From NCBI GenBank assembly GCA_051362555.1, contig CM120642.1, positions 22,692,001 through 22,756,000 on the forward strand: a stretch of 64,000 nt of DNA. Reading direction: 5' to 3'. A program made the translations under genes and the position numbers. This DNA is from Lingula anatina (taxonomy: Eukaryota > Animalia > Brachiopoda). Shown here one piece after another: positions 1 through 12,252 of this stretch. Numbering within the stretch: the stretch's first letter is position 1; each line of letters begins with the position of its first letter. The notes under the pieces are model-generated. The model saw only the letters and a program-made list of their open reading frames with translations. It was not told the DNA's origin and did not search any database.

Positions 1-1256
1 AATGACCTGATAACCCTCCTGCCAATTGTAAAGTAGTGGCACTAACATTCCTTCCAGGGCTCATCTCAGGATTTTCTAACATAATAGGATGCCTTCCTAG
101 ATGCGTATAGCTATAAATGAATGTTCTGTTGGTCTGCGTTCTGTTTGCCGATTCATATCGAACATCTGATTAAAACACAAGAGCTCTCCCATTACTGATC
201 TCTACAGATGGGTTTTGTCCTCTCGTGGCATTTTACCTGATACTGGTGCCGTCTCTACCACTATTCGTGACAGCCATTCGATTCCCTACCGCGTCGATAT
301 AATGAAAAGTTATGAATAACGACACATAGCTTAAATGTCATTTCTAGGGAAACGTGTGCGAGAATAATTCTTTATAATGTAATTAAGCTTTAGATACCGA
401 GTTCCAACAATTTTGCTGAAGAACGTGTCAATGAGTCAAGCACACTGCTTATACTGTTAAACCGCTGTCATTACGGGTGCGAGTGGAAACCTGTCAATAG
501 TCGTCTGACGTCAACGCTTAGTGTCTTCAGTAGTAAATGTTCTCTTCTTTCCAGTGTGAGAATATACGGAAGTACAGCCCAAAAAAAGAAAGCATTTTGA
601 ACTATTCCAAATCACGTTATTTCAATATAGAAATGATGGAAAAATTCGTAAATGCCTTTTCTCAAAGATACTCCCAGCGTTATGGTAGCACTGGTGTCTT
701 CTCCTTACTCTCTATGTCGATAAATCAGCTGTGCGTCATCATTGAATAGCACTGAAACTTTCAGAGCGTGCTATCTGTTTTCTCCGGAGATCTTCCGATT
801 TGACCTATTAAATCCACTGTCCTCGCGTACAGAGTAATGCAGAACTTTGAGCACACCACTTCCGGTGAAAGCAGTCGAAATAATGGAGATAGTATTATGA
901 AGGACAAAGACATTTCCACTATATACTACAAAAGTAAGACCGCTTGCACTCAGATGTAAAAGGGGAAAAATCGAATTAACGAAAAATAAACAGAAAATCG
1001 AAAACGTTTGCAAATTTCAAGCACTACATCTACAGTATTTCCAACTGAAACGTCGTGTATGTGAAAATCTGTGATATCCTGGCCCTAGCTTACGTAAATA
1101 CCATACTCTGTGTGTGAATCGCAATCCTCGCATTTTTTACATGGGAACCTTAATCATAAAACAAAACCTCTTGTTCCTCATTTTACCTTCATGCTTTGTG
1201 TCTGTAGTTACTTTTTATTGTATACGATATAATACACTGTGCTGAACACTCATGCA

Positions 1257-1299
1257 CTGTGATGAACACTCATATAAGTTATATGAGTGTTCATCACAG
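1257..1299. repeat. Perfect palindrome with 21-bp arms
   Basis: ctgtgatgaacactcatataa-g-ttatatgagtgttcatcacag, preceded by a near-duplicate of the left arm at about 1235. Confidence 0.9.
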
Positions 1300-1303
1300 A
1301 TCA

Positions 1304-1504
1304 GACCACACTACCAGTTTTCAAGGTGTGTATCAGATCGCATTACACAGTATCATACCCTGAACAAATTTTGAGTGGTGATGCAATGCTTTTCAACCCC
1401 GCTGAGAATCGTCACTATCACATCGCGTACTAGGCAAGAGCGGTGTCGCGTCTGATACTATGTAATGCGATCTGATACACACCTTGAAAGCGGGTAGTGT
1501 GGTC
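1304..1504. mobile_element. MITE with TIRs of about 52 bp
   Basis: gaccacactaccagttttcaaggtgtgtatcagatcgcattacacagtatca / tgatactatgtaatgcgatctgatacacaccttgaaagcgggtagtgtggtc. Confidence 0.85.
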
Positions 1505-1852
1505 CAATTTACCGGTGAATTCTGGATCATTCGGTGCCGAGTCTGGTAGTTGGATAGGCCTGCCTGTATAACCATACTAGATACATCATGTGAACAACAT
1601 TTTACACTACCGTGTACTAGTACAATGTATATTCGATGAGCTTGAGTCTTCAACGTGGGCGCAATACCAGCCACTGCCAGTCGGCTTCATTTCTAGATCA
1701 ATGTGTACATTATGTACGAAGAAAATATGTAGGCCAGAAAACCCAAACTTTTGCCGCCCGATTGTTTTACAATAATTCAAATAACAAACCCTGCATTTAG
1801 GACAATTCTGTTTTGAACTCGGTGTAAATTCCATTAATTCAACACAAACCAT

Positions 1853-1899
1853 AAACAAACAAACAAACAAACAAACAAACAAACAAACAAACAAACAAA
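1853..1899. repeat. (AAAC)n microsatellite
   Basis: Read directly. Confidence 0.95.
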
Positions 1900-2089
1900 T
1901 AACCGGTAGTATTGTTAAAATTAATGGGTAAAAGTTTGCTTAAATATTCGTATAATGAAAGTGCACAAATGATAATGTATTTAAACCAGTATTGCTGTAG
2001 AAATGTAAAGCACTTGCCTCTTGGGTCTACCACCATTCCAGTACGATTTATCTATCTTTCCGTCTATCGTTCTATCTATCTCCCCGTGC

Positions 2090-2093
<4 letters not shown>

Positions 2094-2132
<39 letters not shown>
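2094..2132. repeat. (GT)n microsatellite
   Basis: Read directly. Confidence 0.95.
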
Positions 2133-2135
<3 letters not shown>

Positions 2136-2444
2136 TTCCAGCAACCACATTTGCTATCAGGTCTCTTATTTGCAAATTTCCAACCACTTCTTAGTTCTTG
2201 TATGTATAAGGACTGAAACAGAAAATACTTATTTAAAATAGGTTCACATGTCTCAACAACATTTAACATATTATCATTTACATGTACCGGTCTATCAAAC
2301 ACAAAGAATTACATGCACATGCTGCTGTATGAAATGAAAACGATATGCAATAAAAAACTTGATCAGCTTGTGCTTTTATAAGGTGCGTTAAGTCAACCAC
2401 TCTGTGTAATAAGCCTCTATATTGCAACACTGTGCGTCCTTTAA

Positions 2445-2475
<31 letters not shown>

Positions 2476-2478
<3 letters not shown>

Positions 2479-4002
2479 GTACCACATGGTTTTAGTCCCG
2501 TCCGGATCGTTCCGCCGGCTCCTGCGGCTCCGCCGCCATGTCACCGTTACCGCGTCTCCTCCTAGACGGTAAGGCCCTGCGTACCCATCTCTTGGATTTA
2601 GGTCACCTATAATCTCAACTCGTTCCACGTAAAATTTGGGCTTTGTCGGTGCTGGGGTCTAGGTGTGGCACTCATTGCAATGTACCCTTGTCCAAAAATG
2701 GCAAAATTAAATGCTAATTATCTACCCTACGGAAGGAGTTATGGGAAAAATTTCTACAGACGGCTATCCAAAAGTCATATGTGAAGATTTCAAATATGCC
2801 CTTGGATTTGACATTTGACCTTTATTTCCAGGTCAAACGGGCCAAAATTTTCAAAAAATATTGTTGAAAGTGTTACCCTTCGGGCCATCTTTCATCTCCG
2901 TGAATTTGGGGTCAATCGGTGCATTTTCACGGTAGTAGCGGCCATAAGATACCGAAACTGATCTCTAATTCGGGAACCGTTAATGCTAGAGACCCATTCT
3001 TTTTTGCATTTTGTAGAGCATGTAAAGCCCAACACTGGAAGTGGTCTCCGTTTTTTTGTATTCCATACGGTTTTTGCTGTATCAAAAAGTACATTGTGGT
3101 GGTGAAAGCAAAATGTACAGTACGGTAATGGATAATAAATTTTGAACTCCGGGAAAATAAAACATAAGGCTTGGCGAGGAAGACAACTTCTGGTCAAAAA
3201 TGACATTATTTCATCAAATTTGAACATCTGGAACTTCTGAACACCTCCCATTTCAAGAATTTCAGCCAAAATGACCTTTTCTTTATTTTAATTGATTTTT
3301 TCTGTAGAAAATTTATGGCACATTATTGTAACTCCAAAATTGTAACATTTAGTCCCTTATATCTCCAAAACTGGCAGAGATAGGTCCATAGTTACTATTA
3401 AAGTTGAATAGGAAGTCATATACTGGCAATCTAAGTGTGACCTTGAATTTGACCTTTGACCTACTTTTATGATGAACTCCTTTTTGCATGTTTTCTGGCC
3501 TTTAAATCTGCAAAATTAGCAAAGAAATGCCCATGGTTACTATTGAACTTGAATAGAAATTCATATACTATGATATTGAAATTGGCCTTTGACCTACTTT
3601 TTCACCATGAACTGAGCTTTGCATATTTACTTGTCCCTCATCTTCAAAACTAGCAGAGATGTGCCCGGTGTTGCCCCTAGGTTTTCTCTTTTGTCAGCAT
3701 ATATGCACCACTGACAACACATTTCAAGGAAAACCAATAGGCCTTTTGTCTAGAGAATCACAGGAGTGATGAATGGTAGGAAAATGCAGGTCAATTGGAA
3801 AATCTGCTTGATTATAACATTTTTTGTTATATTTTTTGCATAATTTGAAAACTCTTGTTGATTGCATTTTATAGAGCTTGTCAAGCACAAGACTGGTGGT
3901 GGTGTCCCTTTTTTTTGGAGGGGGGGGGTTCCATACGAATGCGCTTACTCCAGCTGGTGGTACAATATTCGGAGGCGGTATCGCCTCTCTGATCCTCTAG
4001 TT
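2476..4002 (+). mobile_element. Helentron-associated interspersed element (HINE/DINE-1-like), apparently complete
   Basis: Subterminal inverted repeat ATTGTACCAC (2476) / GTGGTACAAT (3957), 3' hairpin GAGGCG-gtat-CGCCTC (3972-3987) and CTAGtt end. Flanked on both sides by (ATT)n; internal ttgacct-rich repeats. Confidence 0.8.
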
Positions 4003-5870
4003 ATTATTATTATTATCAGCGCAATCGGAAATATGAAATTAGGGTTGCGGTGAGAGGATTCAAAGTGACGTATGAAGCACTGGAAATGAGAAAGAAGAAT
4101 GGCATTTGGAAAATCAAACAATGTGGCCTTTCGTTGACAGAAAATTGAATTAAGTTTGAAACGATGAGTTGTTGAATCGCAAGTGTAGCCTTTAGGTCAG
4201 AAGTTATATGATCGGTTTGAAATAACATCTGCTTTGTAGTATCAGGGTATCAAAATGTATTGAATTCCAGTTAATAGTTGGATATAGTAGGCCAAAGTGT
4301 CTCAAGAGACAATTTTAAGTTGTTTTTTATCAGCGGGTCTACAAAATGTTTCCCACCAGTAAAACAGTGCTACATAATTGTCCACTGTTACCACTATCTT
4401 AGTCACTGTTCTGACACTCGGATACAAATTCCCTAAAATATTTCACAGTAAATTAGCTAATATCTCTTTGTGGAACAAAACCACTTCTAATTATCAAAGT
4501 TACAGACCACATGTGTGCACATACATAATTGGTATCTCTCTATCTTCTCAGCCGTTTGATGGTTATGTAAAATCCCTAGCATGGTGATCATCAAGGCAGA
4601 CATCTGGCAAAAGGAACCACATAAGTCTTCGATTTTTCCAGCAATTTATCCTGCTGATTGAATTAATGCACAGTACAATATTCAGATCTTTTCTCCGGTG
4701 AGCCCAGTGACTCGTCCTGAATTCCTGAATTCATTGGAAATTCGCCTCTAAAACAAGTAACCATGTGAACTTTCCAAATGTCGATGGAGAACGAAATGCA
4801 GGGTTCTTCAGCGGCCAGTGGGGGTGTTCTCCAGTAGCCAAGTCACATTGATAGAAATGGGCTGGGAACCACCACACGTCAGCTTTCTGATATCAGGGTG
4901 ACGGGGATAGTTAGTTGAGTGGAGGATTTCCACAGTGCGTTTTCTGAAACACCTATTGAAAGCAGCCGACGCGTTGCATTGACTGAGGAAATATTCAAAA
5001 GTTCATAAGTGCTACAAAATCAAATTTGGAATTTTCTGTCGAGGTTTAGATTTTAACTAAAAAGTTATTTCACCCTTTTCAGTGGTGCTATACCTTTTGT
5101 GGGTCATTGCTGAAATGGTTAACAAATTAAGCTTGAAGACAATTATGATCCATACCAAATTGTGCAAAGGGAATTACCGGCAATTATAGCTTTGACGCGG
5201 AGCCAGAATGCTACTGCTACCTCAGATTCACCTTCTCTCTCACCTAAAGAGCAATTATTGTTGTCTGTGTAATAATGAACCGTATGTACAGTGCCTTCGT
5301 ATGCCATTCACAAGGATGAATGCACAATCCACGTAAATATGCCTTTTTGCAAAGTATATATTTTTCCATTTTTTTCTTTAAAACATTGTTGATAATATAT
5401 ATTTTTATTTTACATATAAGATAAATTGTGAACACAAAGTATGAGAAAAAAAAACAGCAACAATCATATCACTTGGAAAAAGCAAGTAATAAATATCTAA
5501 TTTAAAAATCAATATGTTGCTTCTATTGCTCCATGTTGTGGTCCTTACAGTCATATATCTCGACTTTCTAGCGTCAAGAGACACCATTAATATTTAAGGC
5601 ACAACCGCTTGTTTAGGATCCTACTTCAAGTACTGCTTGTTGGTAACTGTGGGGGAAGATTCACACTAGATATTTTACACTGTAAAGTGATCGATAGCAA
5701 TGGCTGTCAGCAAGCAATACAGTTCACTGAGTGGCATAGGCCAACATTGCAGGATTTATAGCTGTCTCAAACCCTTTTAAAAGATATGATATTGGGCGAT
5801 TCTATAGTTTTGGCTTGGCATGGTCTTCGCTGAATAAATTGTAGAAAATATGAAAAGCTCAGCTCAACTG

Positions 5871-5912
<42 letters not shown>

Positions 5913-6032
5913 AACACACATGCGTTGAATACTTATTGAAGGTGACACTTGGACCCGCTTGTTTGGTCTGTCGTGGGATTATGGAAAACATACGGCATGA
6001 CCAAATAACCAAACCCATTACCCATTCACTTA

Positions 6033-6104
6033 AAGGGATAACAACTCTTCGTATGAGATCTATATTTCACAATAAAGACATTGTAAACAACTCATAGAAA
6101 TATA
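6033..6104. mobile_element. Left-end fragment of the same Kolobok-type MITE
   Basis: ttaaagggataacaactcttcgtatgagatctatatttcacaataa matches 13936 and 28059. It breaks off where the LINE tail begins. Confidence 0.85.
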
Positions 6105-6109
6105 GTTAA

Positions 6110-6460
6110 ATTGATTTATTTTCATAACAATGCCCAATATATACAAATATAATACATAATACAATAATGTGAATATATATGTAACGGCCCAGCCCTATGG
6201 GCTTACAAAGTCACCGGTATTTTAACATTAAATATATAGCAAATTCTTTCTGACCTGAAAGCAGTTAAAGAGAAACCTCGCTGTGCTTCTATGAAAGTCT
6301 GTAAAAAGCACTTGGGCCTCTCTTTAACCTCCTCCAGGTCATGCAAGATAAGATCGCCCATTTTTACTTTTTCACACCATTTTTTCCTGAAATTTTTATA
6401 AATTGGACAATCAAATAAAAAATGATACTACTTTTTTATCGTCACAGAGAATACAGAGTC
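6110..6460 (-). mobile_element. 3' end of a LINE (L2/Crack/CR1-group) retrotransposon
   Basis: The minus strand encodes RLCILCDDKKV/YHFLFDCPIYKNFRKKW, a C-terminal CCHC knuckle of ORF2 with a frameshift. A UTR and AATAAA (6115-6120) follow. Confidence 0.75.
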
Positions 6461-7077
6461 ATGCACATTCCCTGATGATGGATCTTCCAATTCCCATAGT
6501 TTCAATTTCCTATCTCTAACGGTCTAGGAGGAGATAGCAGAAATTACAATGTGAAAAGAATTTAGAATCAACCCTCCCCCCCCGGGGACAGCCCAATCCC
6601 CTGTGGCACTAAAATTCCAAAATGCCCATGCACATCCCTGATGATGGGTCTACCAGTTCCAAAAGTTTCAGTTTCCTATCTGTAATGGTCTAAGAGGAGA
6701 TAGTGAAAATTATAATGTTATAAGAATTTAGAATCAACCACCCCCCGGGGACAGCCCAACCCCCTGTGGCACTTAAATTCCAAAATGCCCATGCACATTC
6801 CTGAATATGGGTCTACCAATTCCCAAAGTTTCGATTTTCTATCTCTGACGGTCTAGGAGGAGATAGCAGAAATTACAATGTCATAAGAATTTTGAATCAA
6901 CCACCCCCCAGGGACAGCCCAACCCCCTGTTGCACTAAAATTCCCAAAGTTTCAACTTCCTTCCTGCAATAGTCTACAAATGTAGGAGGAGATAGAGGAA
7001 ATTACTAACACACAGACGCACGGACGGGCGGGATAAGATGATCCCCGACTTTTGTCCCAAAAGTGTGGGGATAATAA
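6460..7077 (-). mobile_element. Helentron-associated (HINE/pearl-like) element with about 165-bp internal tandem repeats, 3'-truncated
   Basis: 5' end on the minus strand: ttattatccccacacttttg-gga-caaaagtcggggat stem-loop, then a ccgtccgt/gtct microsatellite. Three repeat units start at 6460, 6627 and 6790. Confidence 0.8.
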
Positions 7078-7635
7078 GGCCCTGGCCGCAATACGACCCA
7101 GCGCTCATTGAGTAACAACATCTACTCACATCATTCTGATTTAGGCCTCTGACCGAGTTGGCCGTAATCAAACGGTGAGAAAAATCTTCCTGCTTGTGTC
7201 AAATAATTCTGGTTTATGAAAATCCGTTTGCTTTGGAAGTTTCCGTGGATCCAAAACTAAAGATATATTGTTTGGGTAAAGCATAGCTCTAGTGCCTATA
7301 TTTACATCATTGATTCGATTCTGACGAGACAAAGCGTTTTTAAATATTTATGATTTGACACCATCTTTGCCCTAGTAGGATGTTTTCAAGACCAGGAACA
7401 CATTGCAACTCCGTATCTCCTTATCTTCTTTTCAAAAAAGTCTGCTTCTGCCTGTTTGTTTCCGTCTCTGAATTCAATAGTATGGAATCTCGGACTGACA
7501 TTCCGCACTCGAAGTTTTCCACTCTTTTTAAAGCAGTGCGTCAGGAAAACGTGCACCTGCTGGAATAGGGGAGACCGGGGCTAGTTGGTCCAGTTAGACA
7601 CTTTTGGCCTTGTAGAGCCAACTAGGAATGACTAA

Positions 7636-7850
7636 GGCTGTATTCCCACAGCTTTTAGATCGATCTATCCCCGCGGGGAGTCTCACTAGATTACTGTCAG
7701 ATAATCCTTCTTAAATGTCCGTCCCGCCTACTACAAGCGGTAAGGGGGTAATTAACTTTCGTGTCCGCTCGGCTGACAGCTATTTAGCGTGAACCCCCAG
7801 GGAGTTAGGTCGATCTAAGGTAGATCGATCTAATCTCTGGAAATGGGGTC
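7636..7850 (+). mobile_element. PIF/Harbinger-type MITE family A, nested in the TA element
   Basis: About 215 bp, near-identical to 18868-19081, with imperfect TIRs containing tagatcgatcta and TAA/TTA flanks. Confidence 0.9.
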
Positions 7851-8599
7851 TTAGAGTAACAAAACCGGTTTTTAAGTAAGCCCCATGAACTAAGCTACGT
7901 ATGCAACGTCATTATTTTTTTAAATATAATGCCAGATGGCTCACAATTTGACAAAAAACACAATTGATATCAGGGGGGTTGCCGCCACAGGGCAAGTTGG
8001 CCCCAGGTTTGGGGCAAGTTGGCACCCTATACGAAAATGAAGTAAGTATCCCATGTAAACGCCTTGAAATACATTTTTATGCATTTTTAATTTATTAAAT
8101 TGATTTTTGAGAGTCCTTGATGAATAAATAGTTCAAATGAGGCAGATTTATTGAGGTTTCCGTCCGTCACGTCGTATATGTTGCAAGAACCAAAATATCT
8201 ATCAATAAAATGTGTTTTTTATTAATTGAGAATAAATTAATTATGGTATAAAGCAGGTTTTTGAATGAAAACGAGTAATAAATTTTCGTTTTTAAAGAAA
8301 CTAACAAAGTTATGGAGATCGTGCTTTTATAATCTACGCCCCAAAAGTGTGGAATGGTCTACCAAATTTTATTAGAAAAACAGAAGACTTTGACAATTTT
8401 AAATCTCTTTTAAAGACCCACATTTTTAATTCTGTCTATATCTCTTAGATTTTATTTAAATATATATATATATGTTTTTTAATACAGATAAGATTGATTT
8501 TTAGTAGTGTAAATTTTAAATGGTTTCCAATGAGAGTTTATGATTAAAATATTATGTAGTCATTTTAATGATTTTAGTATATTAGCCATTATTGTACTT

Positions 8600-8657
8600 G
8601 AGATAGAATGTAAGGCGCCATATAAGAATCTTATTATTATTATTATTATTATTATTA
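8600..8657 (+). mobile_element. Retroposon (LINE/SINE) 3' tail fragment
   Basis: aaggcgccatataagaatc followed by (TTA)n resembles the AAGCGCTATATAA..(TTA)n tails of L2/CR1-group elements. Confidence 0.5.
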
Positions 8658-10496
8658 ATTCAGTTTTATACTGGTAATTATTTGTTTCAACAATGGTCTG
8701 TAGCTCTGTTGCGCGCAAAGGATTATGGTCAATATGGGGGTCCAACTTGCCCCGAGCCAAGGGGGCAATTAGCCTCAGGTGGACAATTTTTAGATTTAAG
8801 GATTGCAGCCGTTTATGCATGGTGCAAGAATGGACTACGTTAATAAATTGATGGGGGGCCAACTTACCCCGGGGTCCAAATAGCCCCGGTCTCCCCTACA
8901 CTTTGTTGTGAACCGACCAAAATGGCTTTCACTTTAATAAATAATTGTATTGAATTTCAATGTAAGAATTTCCACTAACGAATTAACTAATCTATGGGCT
9001 CCGACATGACTCCAGATTCGACTCAGTCTTTCACTTTACGTGCACAGAGAAGCATTACAGAACAACCTCACATCTTCAGTCTCAAATCTTAAGTGTCTTT
9101 ATTATGTACAAATTTTATACACATTATCTACAGGGCATCTATGCATGCAGGTGGCTGCTACTTATTTACATACTAATTGAAATAATATTTATGTATGCAG
9201 GACAGACACAAATTAGATAATAACATGTTGATTAACTATGACTACATAATGTGGAATTGGTGCAGGATTCGACAACTTGTCCTTTATGTTCACTGAAGTG
9301 GTGAGCACAATAATGATTTAATATTATTTTCATTCAAAAGTTCATCATTTGGTCGCGATAAAATTAAGTTTGATGTAACTGGTTTTCAAATTGCAAGATA
9401 GTTTACTTACTTATTAACCCATTCTATTCATCTCATGAGGGACATTAGGTCGTTGCCACTGCGAAGATAGCAAAATTGAAAATAGAAAATAAAAGCAAAA
9501 AATCTCTTATATTACACGGCTAGTAAGTCGTTTATCTCTGCTGGTTGGTATTGCAGCACTGGAATTACATGGTTTTACTTTCGTAAAGAGTAAGAAATCC
9601 GACAAATTTGTTTCCAGTGTATCCATATAGGGCAGCCAAGCTTCACCGAGCTTACGGGAGAGTGCACGTCTAAAACTCTGAAATGAAGGATTGCCAGGTG
9701 TCTTCAATTTGCAATATCTTTTACACTATTTCCCATGCTGAGAGTTTGAACTTACAATTTAAAGTCGTCATACGCACATGCATTCGTTCTAACAAAAATG
9801 TATAACTTCTGGTGAATGGATAATACAGTTAGTCTAGTGGGATTTCCACTATATGAATGGTAGGGGCATTTTGGGGTAAAAGTTGGGAACCAGGCTTATT
9901 AGAATAATTTTGGCATGCTGAATCCGATTAACCCGGTTCCCAAGCGAAATTTTGCGTTTTTAACTGTCTAATTTGTAAAAAAAAAGGAAAAAATGGCCGC
10001 CAGATTTCCAATTTTCTGCAATATCTCTGTAACTAGACGGGCGAATATGACAAATGAAAGTTAAGACATTTTCACTATAACCAAATCAGTAATAAGTGCT
10101 ATACTGTCACACTGTAGCAATTATTCGAATCTGAATTGAATTTGGCAATTAAATACTGCGCTGCCATTCGGATGTAAACATATTGGATCACACAACTGTC
10201 CCTGTTGCCTAGATTTGAAAAAGGTGATTCCCTTATTAATGCAATGGAGGGATTTGCTGAATCAAGTAATTCATGTGATGCAATGTACAGACTTGACATT
10301 TAAAATGGATTTTTTTCAAACATATTTTCTTTGCTTTTTATTGATTTATATTAGTAATGAATTAAAATAACACTTGTTATCATGTTCGATATAGCTTTAA
10401 TAAATCAACCTGTGTTAATACATCAAAAATTCTATTTAAATATGTATTCAGCTACACCATCTAAGACGAATACATGACACGCTGCTGTCACATGTA

Positions 10497-11625
10497 CAGG
10501 GGGTGACAAAAGTACTGTACCACCTGTGTGAATAGTGCACTGGGGACATGGGGAACCCGTTCTTAAAAAGTGATTTGCGATTTATTGCTAGCTTAACCAG
10601 CGAGAAATTTTCATCCATGTGCACCAAGAAGGCTGTCTTGGCATGTTTAACACATTCCTGGCTGTCAAGTTGCTACCATGGTGATGTTACGGGAGCCCAC
10701 AAATGACGAAAGAAAAGAAATTGTTACTCTTATGGAGGAGGGTAAAGATGTCGCCCAGATTTTCTCCAGATATGGTGGGTCAGATTAGACTGCATGTGGA
10801 GTTTGCAGAAGGACGGAGAACACAAAATTAAAAGTACCATGAAGTGGCAGCCCGAAGAAGACTAGTGCAAGAGATGACAGGTATTTTTTTTGCTGTCAAG
10901 GCTTAGGGGATTTGAACCGTGCAGCGAATTAGCTTTGCAGAGGTCGCGAAATTTGCAGGTTAGCAAAAGAACTGTTCAAAAAAAGGTTTTGATGCTTCAG
11001 AAATTTACACAAGGATTCCCAGGTAGAAACGACTTATCATCTTGGTACGCTGACAAAGAAGAGTATGTGGGCTGCAGGAACCATTGCATGGACCGTGGGT
11101 CAGAACTGGCGCTATTTTTATTTTATATTGAACCCATCTTCGCCGTGAACAACGTAGAAGGCCAGGTGAGAGTATGGAGAACATTATCCAGTGCTTATAT
11201 GAAGAAGAATATATGCATTTTCTCACCAGACAGTCCACTTCAATAATAGTTTGGGGCGCATTGGTATCTACTGAAAATTGAACTATGAACATTTTGCAAT
11301 TCTGGGCCAGCACCTTACCATCGGTAGAAAAAGTCTTTGGGGACAGAAATCGCCCGTTTCTTAAAAAACAAGAACGCTACACCCTATAGGGCCAGGGCTG
11401 TACAAGAGTGGCCTTAATGGTATAAAATCAACACGGTGGTCTAGCCTGCCCAATCACCCAATTGAAAACCTGTGAAATGAGATTGGAAATCAAGTGGCAA
11501 AGGATCACCCCTTTAACCTGAAATGCTCTTATCCAAATTATCTTTAGAATCTGGGCCAATAATCCACCAAAAGATAACTGAACCTTTAGCAGTCTATGCC
11601 CAGAAAGATGGTGGTCATATGGAGG
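10497..11625 (+). mobile_element. Heavily decayed second Tc1 element (different family)
   Basis: ta|CAGGGGGTGACAAAAGTACTGTACCACC left TIR. Remnants MVMLREPTNDERKEIVTLMEEG (10678), SGSPKKTSARDDR, VWGA, PIENL* and KDGGH. Right TIR not seen. Confidence 0.8.
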
Positions 11626-12109
11626 CATTTAACCCATATAGCCATCTTGGATTTTCTCAAAATGCCAAAGGAAACACAATTTTTATCCACCATATACATA
11701 TTATAGGGGTACTGAATTTAAGTTATGGAAAAAACTGAGAAACAAATTAAATTTGATAATTGGCATATCTGTCTGGTTTTAGTTGATACCCATATTTTCC
11801 TATGGCATTGGCGGCCATCTTGAATTTTTCATTTCCCATGCTAGGATTCCTTAGGACTTTAAGTGTGTTATAGTAAACACTGCTTTTGGGGAGCCCCCTT
11901 TAACTTATCCCGGGCCCCCACATTACATTAAATAAACTTTTTATAATATAACCCTAGGGGTCTGGGCTCAATGGGCTCACATCTTTGGATAATGCTATCT
12001 GTAATACTGCTACAGAGATTCCCAGGTTCCATGTCTTAAACTCTGCACACGGAAAAGAATGAAACGACTCCATGTTGTAACTTCAACAGAATATATTTTG
12101 CTACACTAA

Positions 12110-12252
12110 GGCTTCTTTTACATGGAAAGTCTATTTTCTAAAAATCTATTTTCTATTCGCGGTATCTTATGAGCACGGTCTGTGCCCTGAATATCCCGCG
12201 GCGTAATTACTGGCAGCGCGAGCCAGTTACTTATAGTAACTTATAGTAACTG
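12110..12252. mobile_element. Half copy (one arm plus centre) of the 51363 fold-back MITE
   Basis: taa|ggcttc...cacggtctgtgccctgaatatcccgcggcgtaattactggcagcgcgagccagttacttatagtaacttatagtaactg, then unrelated sequence. Confidence 0.88.

Larger units (their letters stand above)
7568..8896. mobile_element. Non-autonomous TA-flanked DNA transposon (Tc1/mariner-pogo-like)
   Basis: TA|GGGGAGACCGGGGCTAGTTGG...CCAAATAGCCCCGGTCTCCCC|TA, with internal repeats gggcaagttgg / ccaacttgccc. Confidence 0.85.

Noticed and set aside
771-1013. 80-aa ORF with a signal-peptide-like hydrophobic start
   Set aside because: Starts at TTG rather than ATG, has no recognisable domain, and is hydrophobic because the DNA is T-rich.
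1607-2628. ORFs with FVCL, THTH, VCVC and poly-N repeats
   Set aside because: Translations of microsatellites.
6460-7000. Regular repeats considered as a CRISPR-like array (also 29952-30238)
   Set aside because: Whole units repeat with no unique spacers, the context is eukaryotic, and there are no cas genes.
11629-11970. Probable DNA-transposon end (gccatcttg motifs); similar unassigned ends near 9900-10100 and 19118-19270
   Set aside because: Looks repeat-derived, but no matching TIR or TSD was found, so it is not classified.
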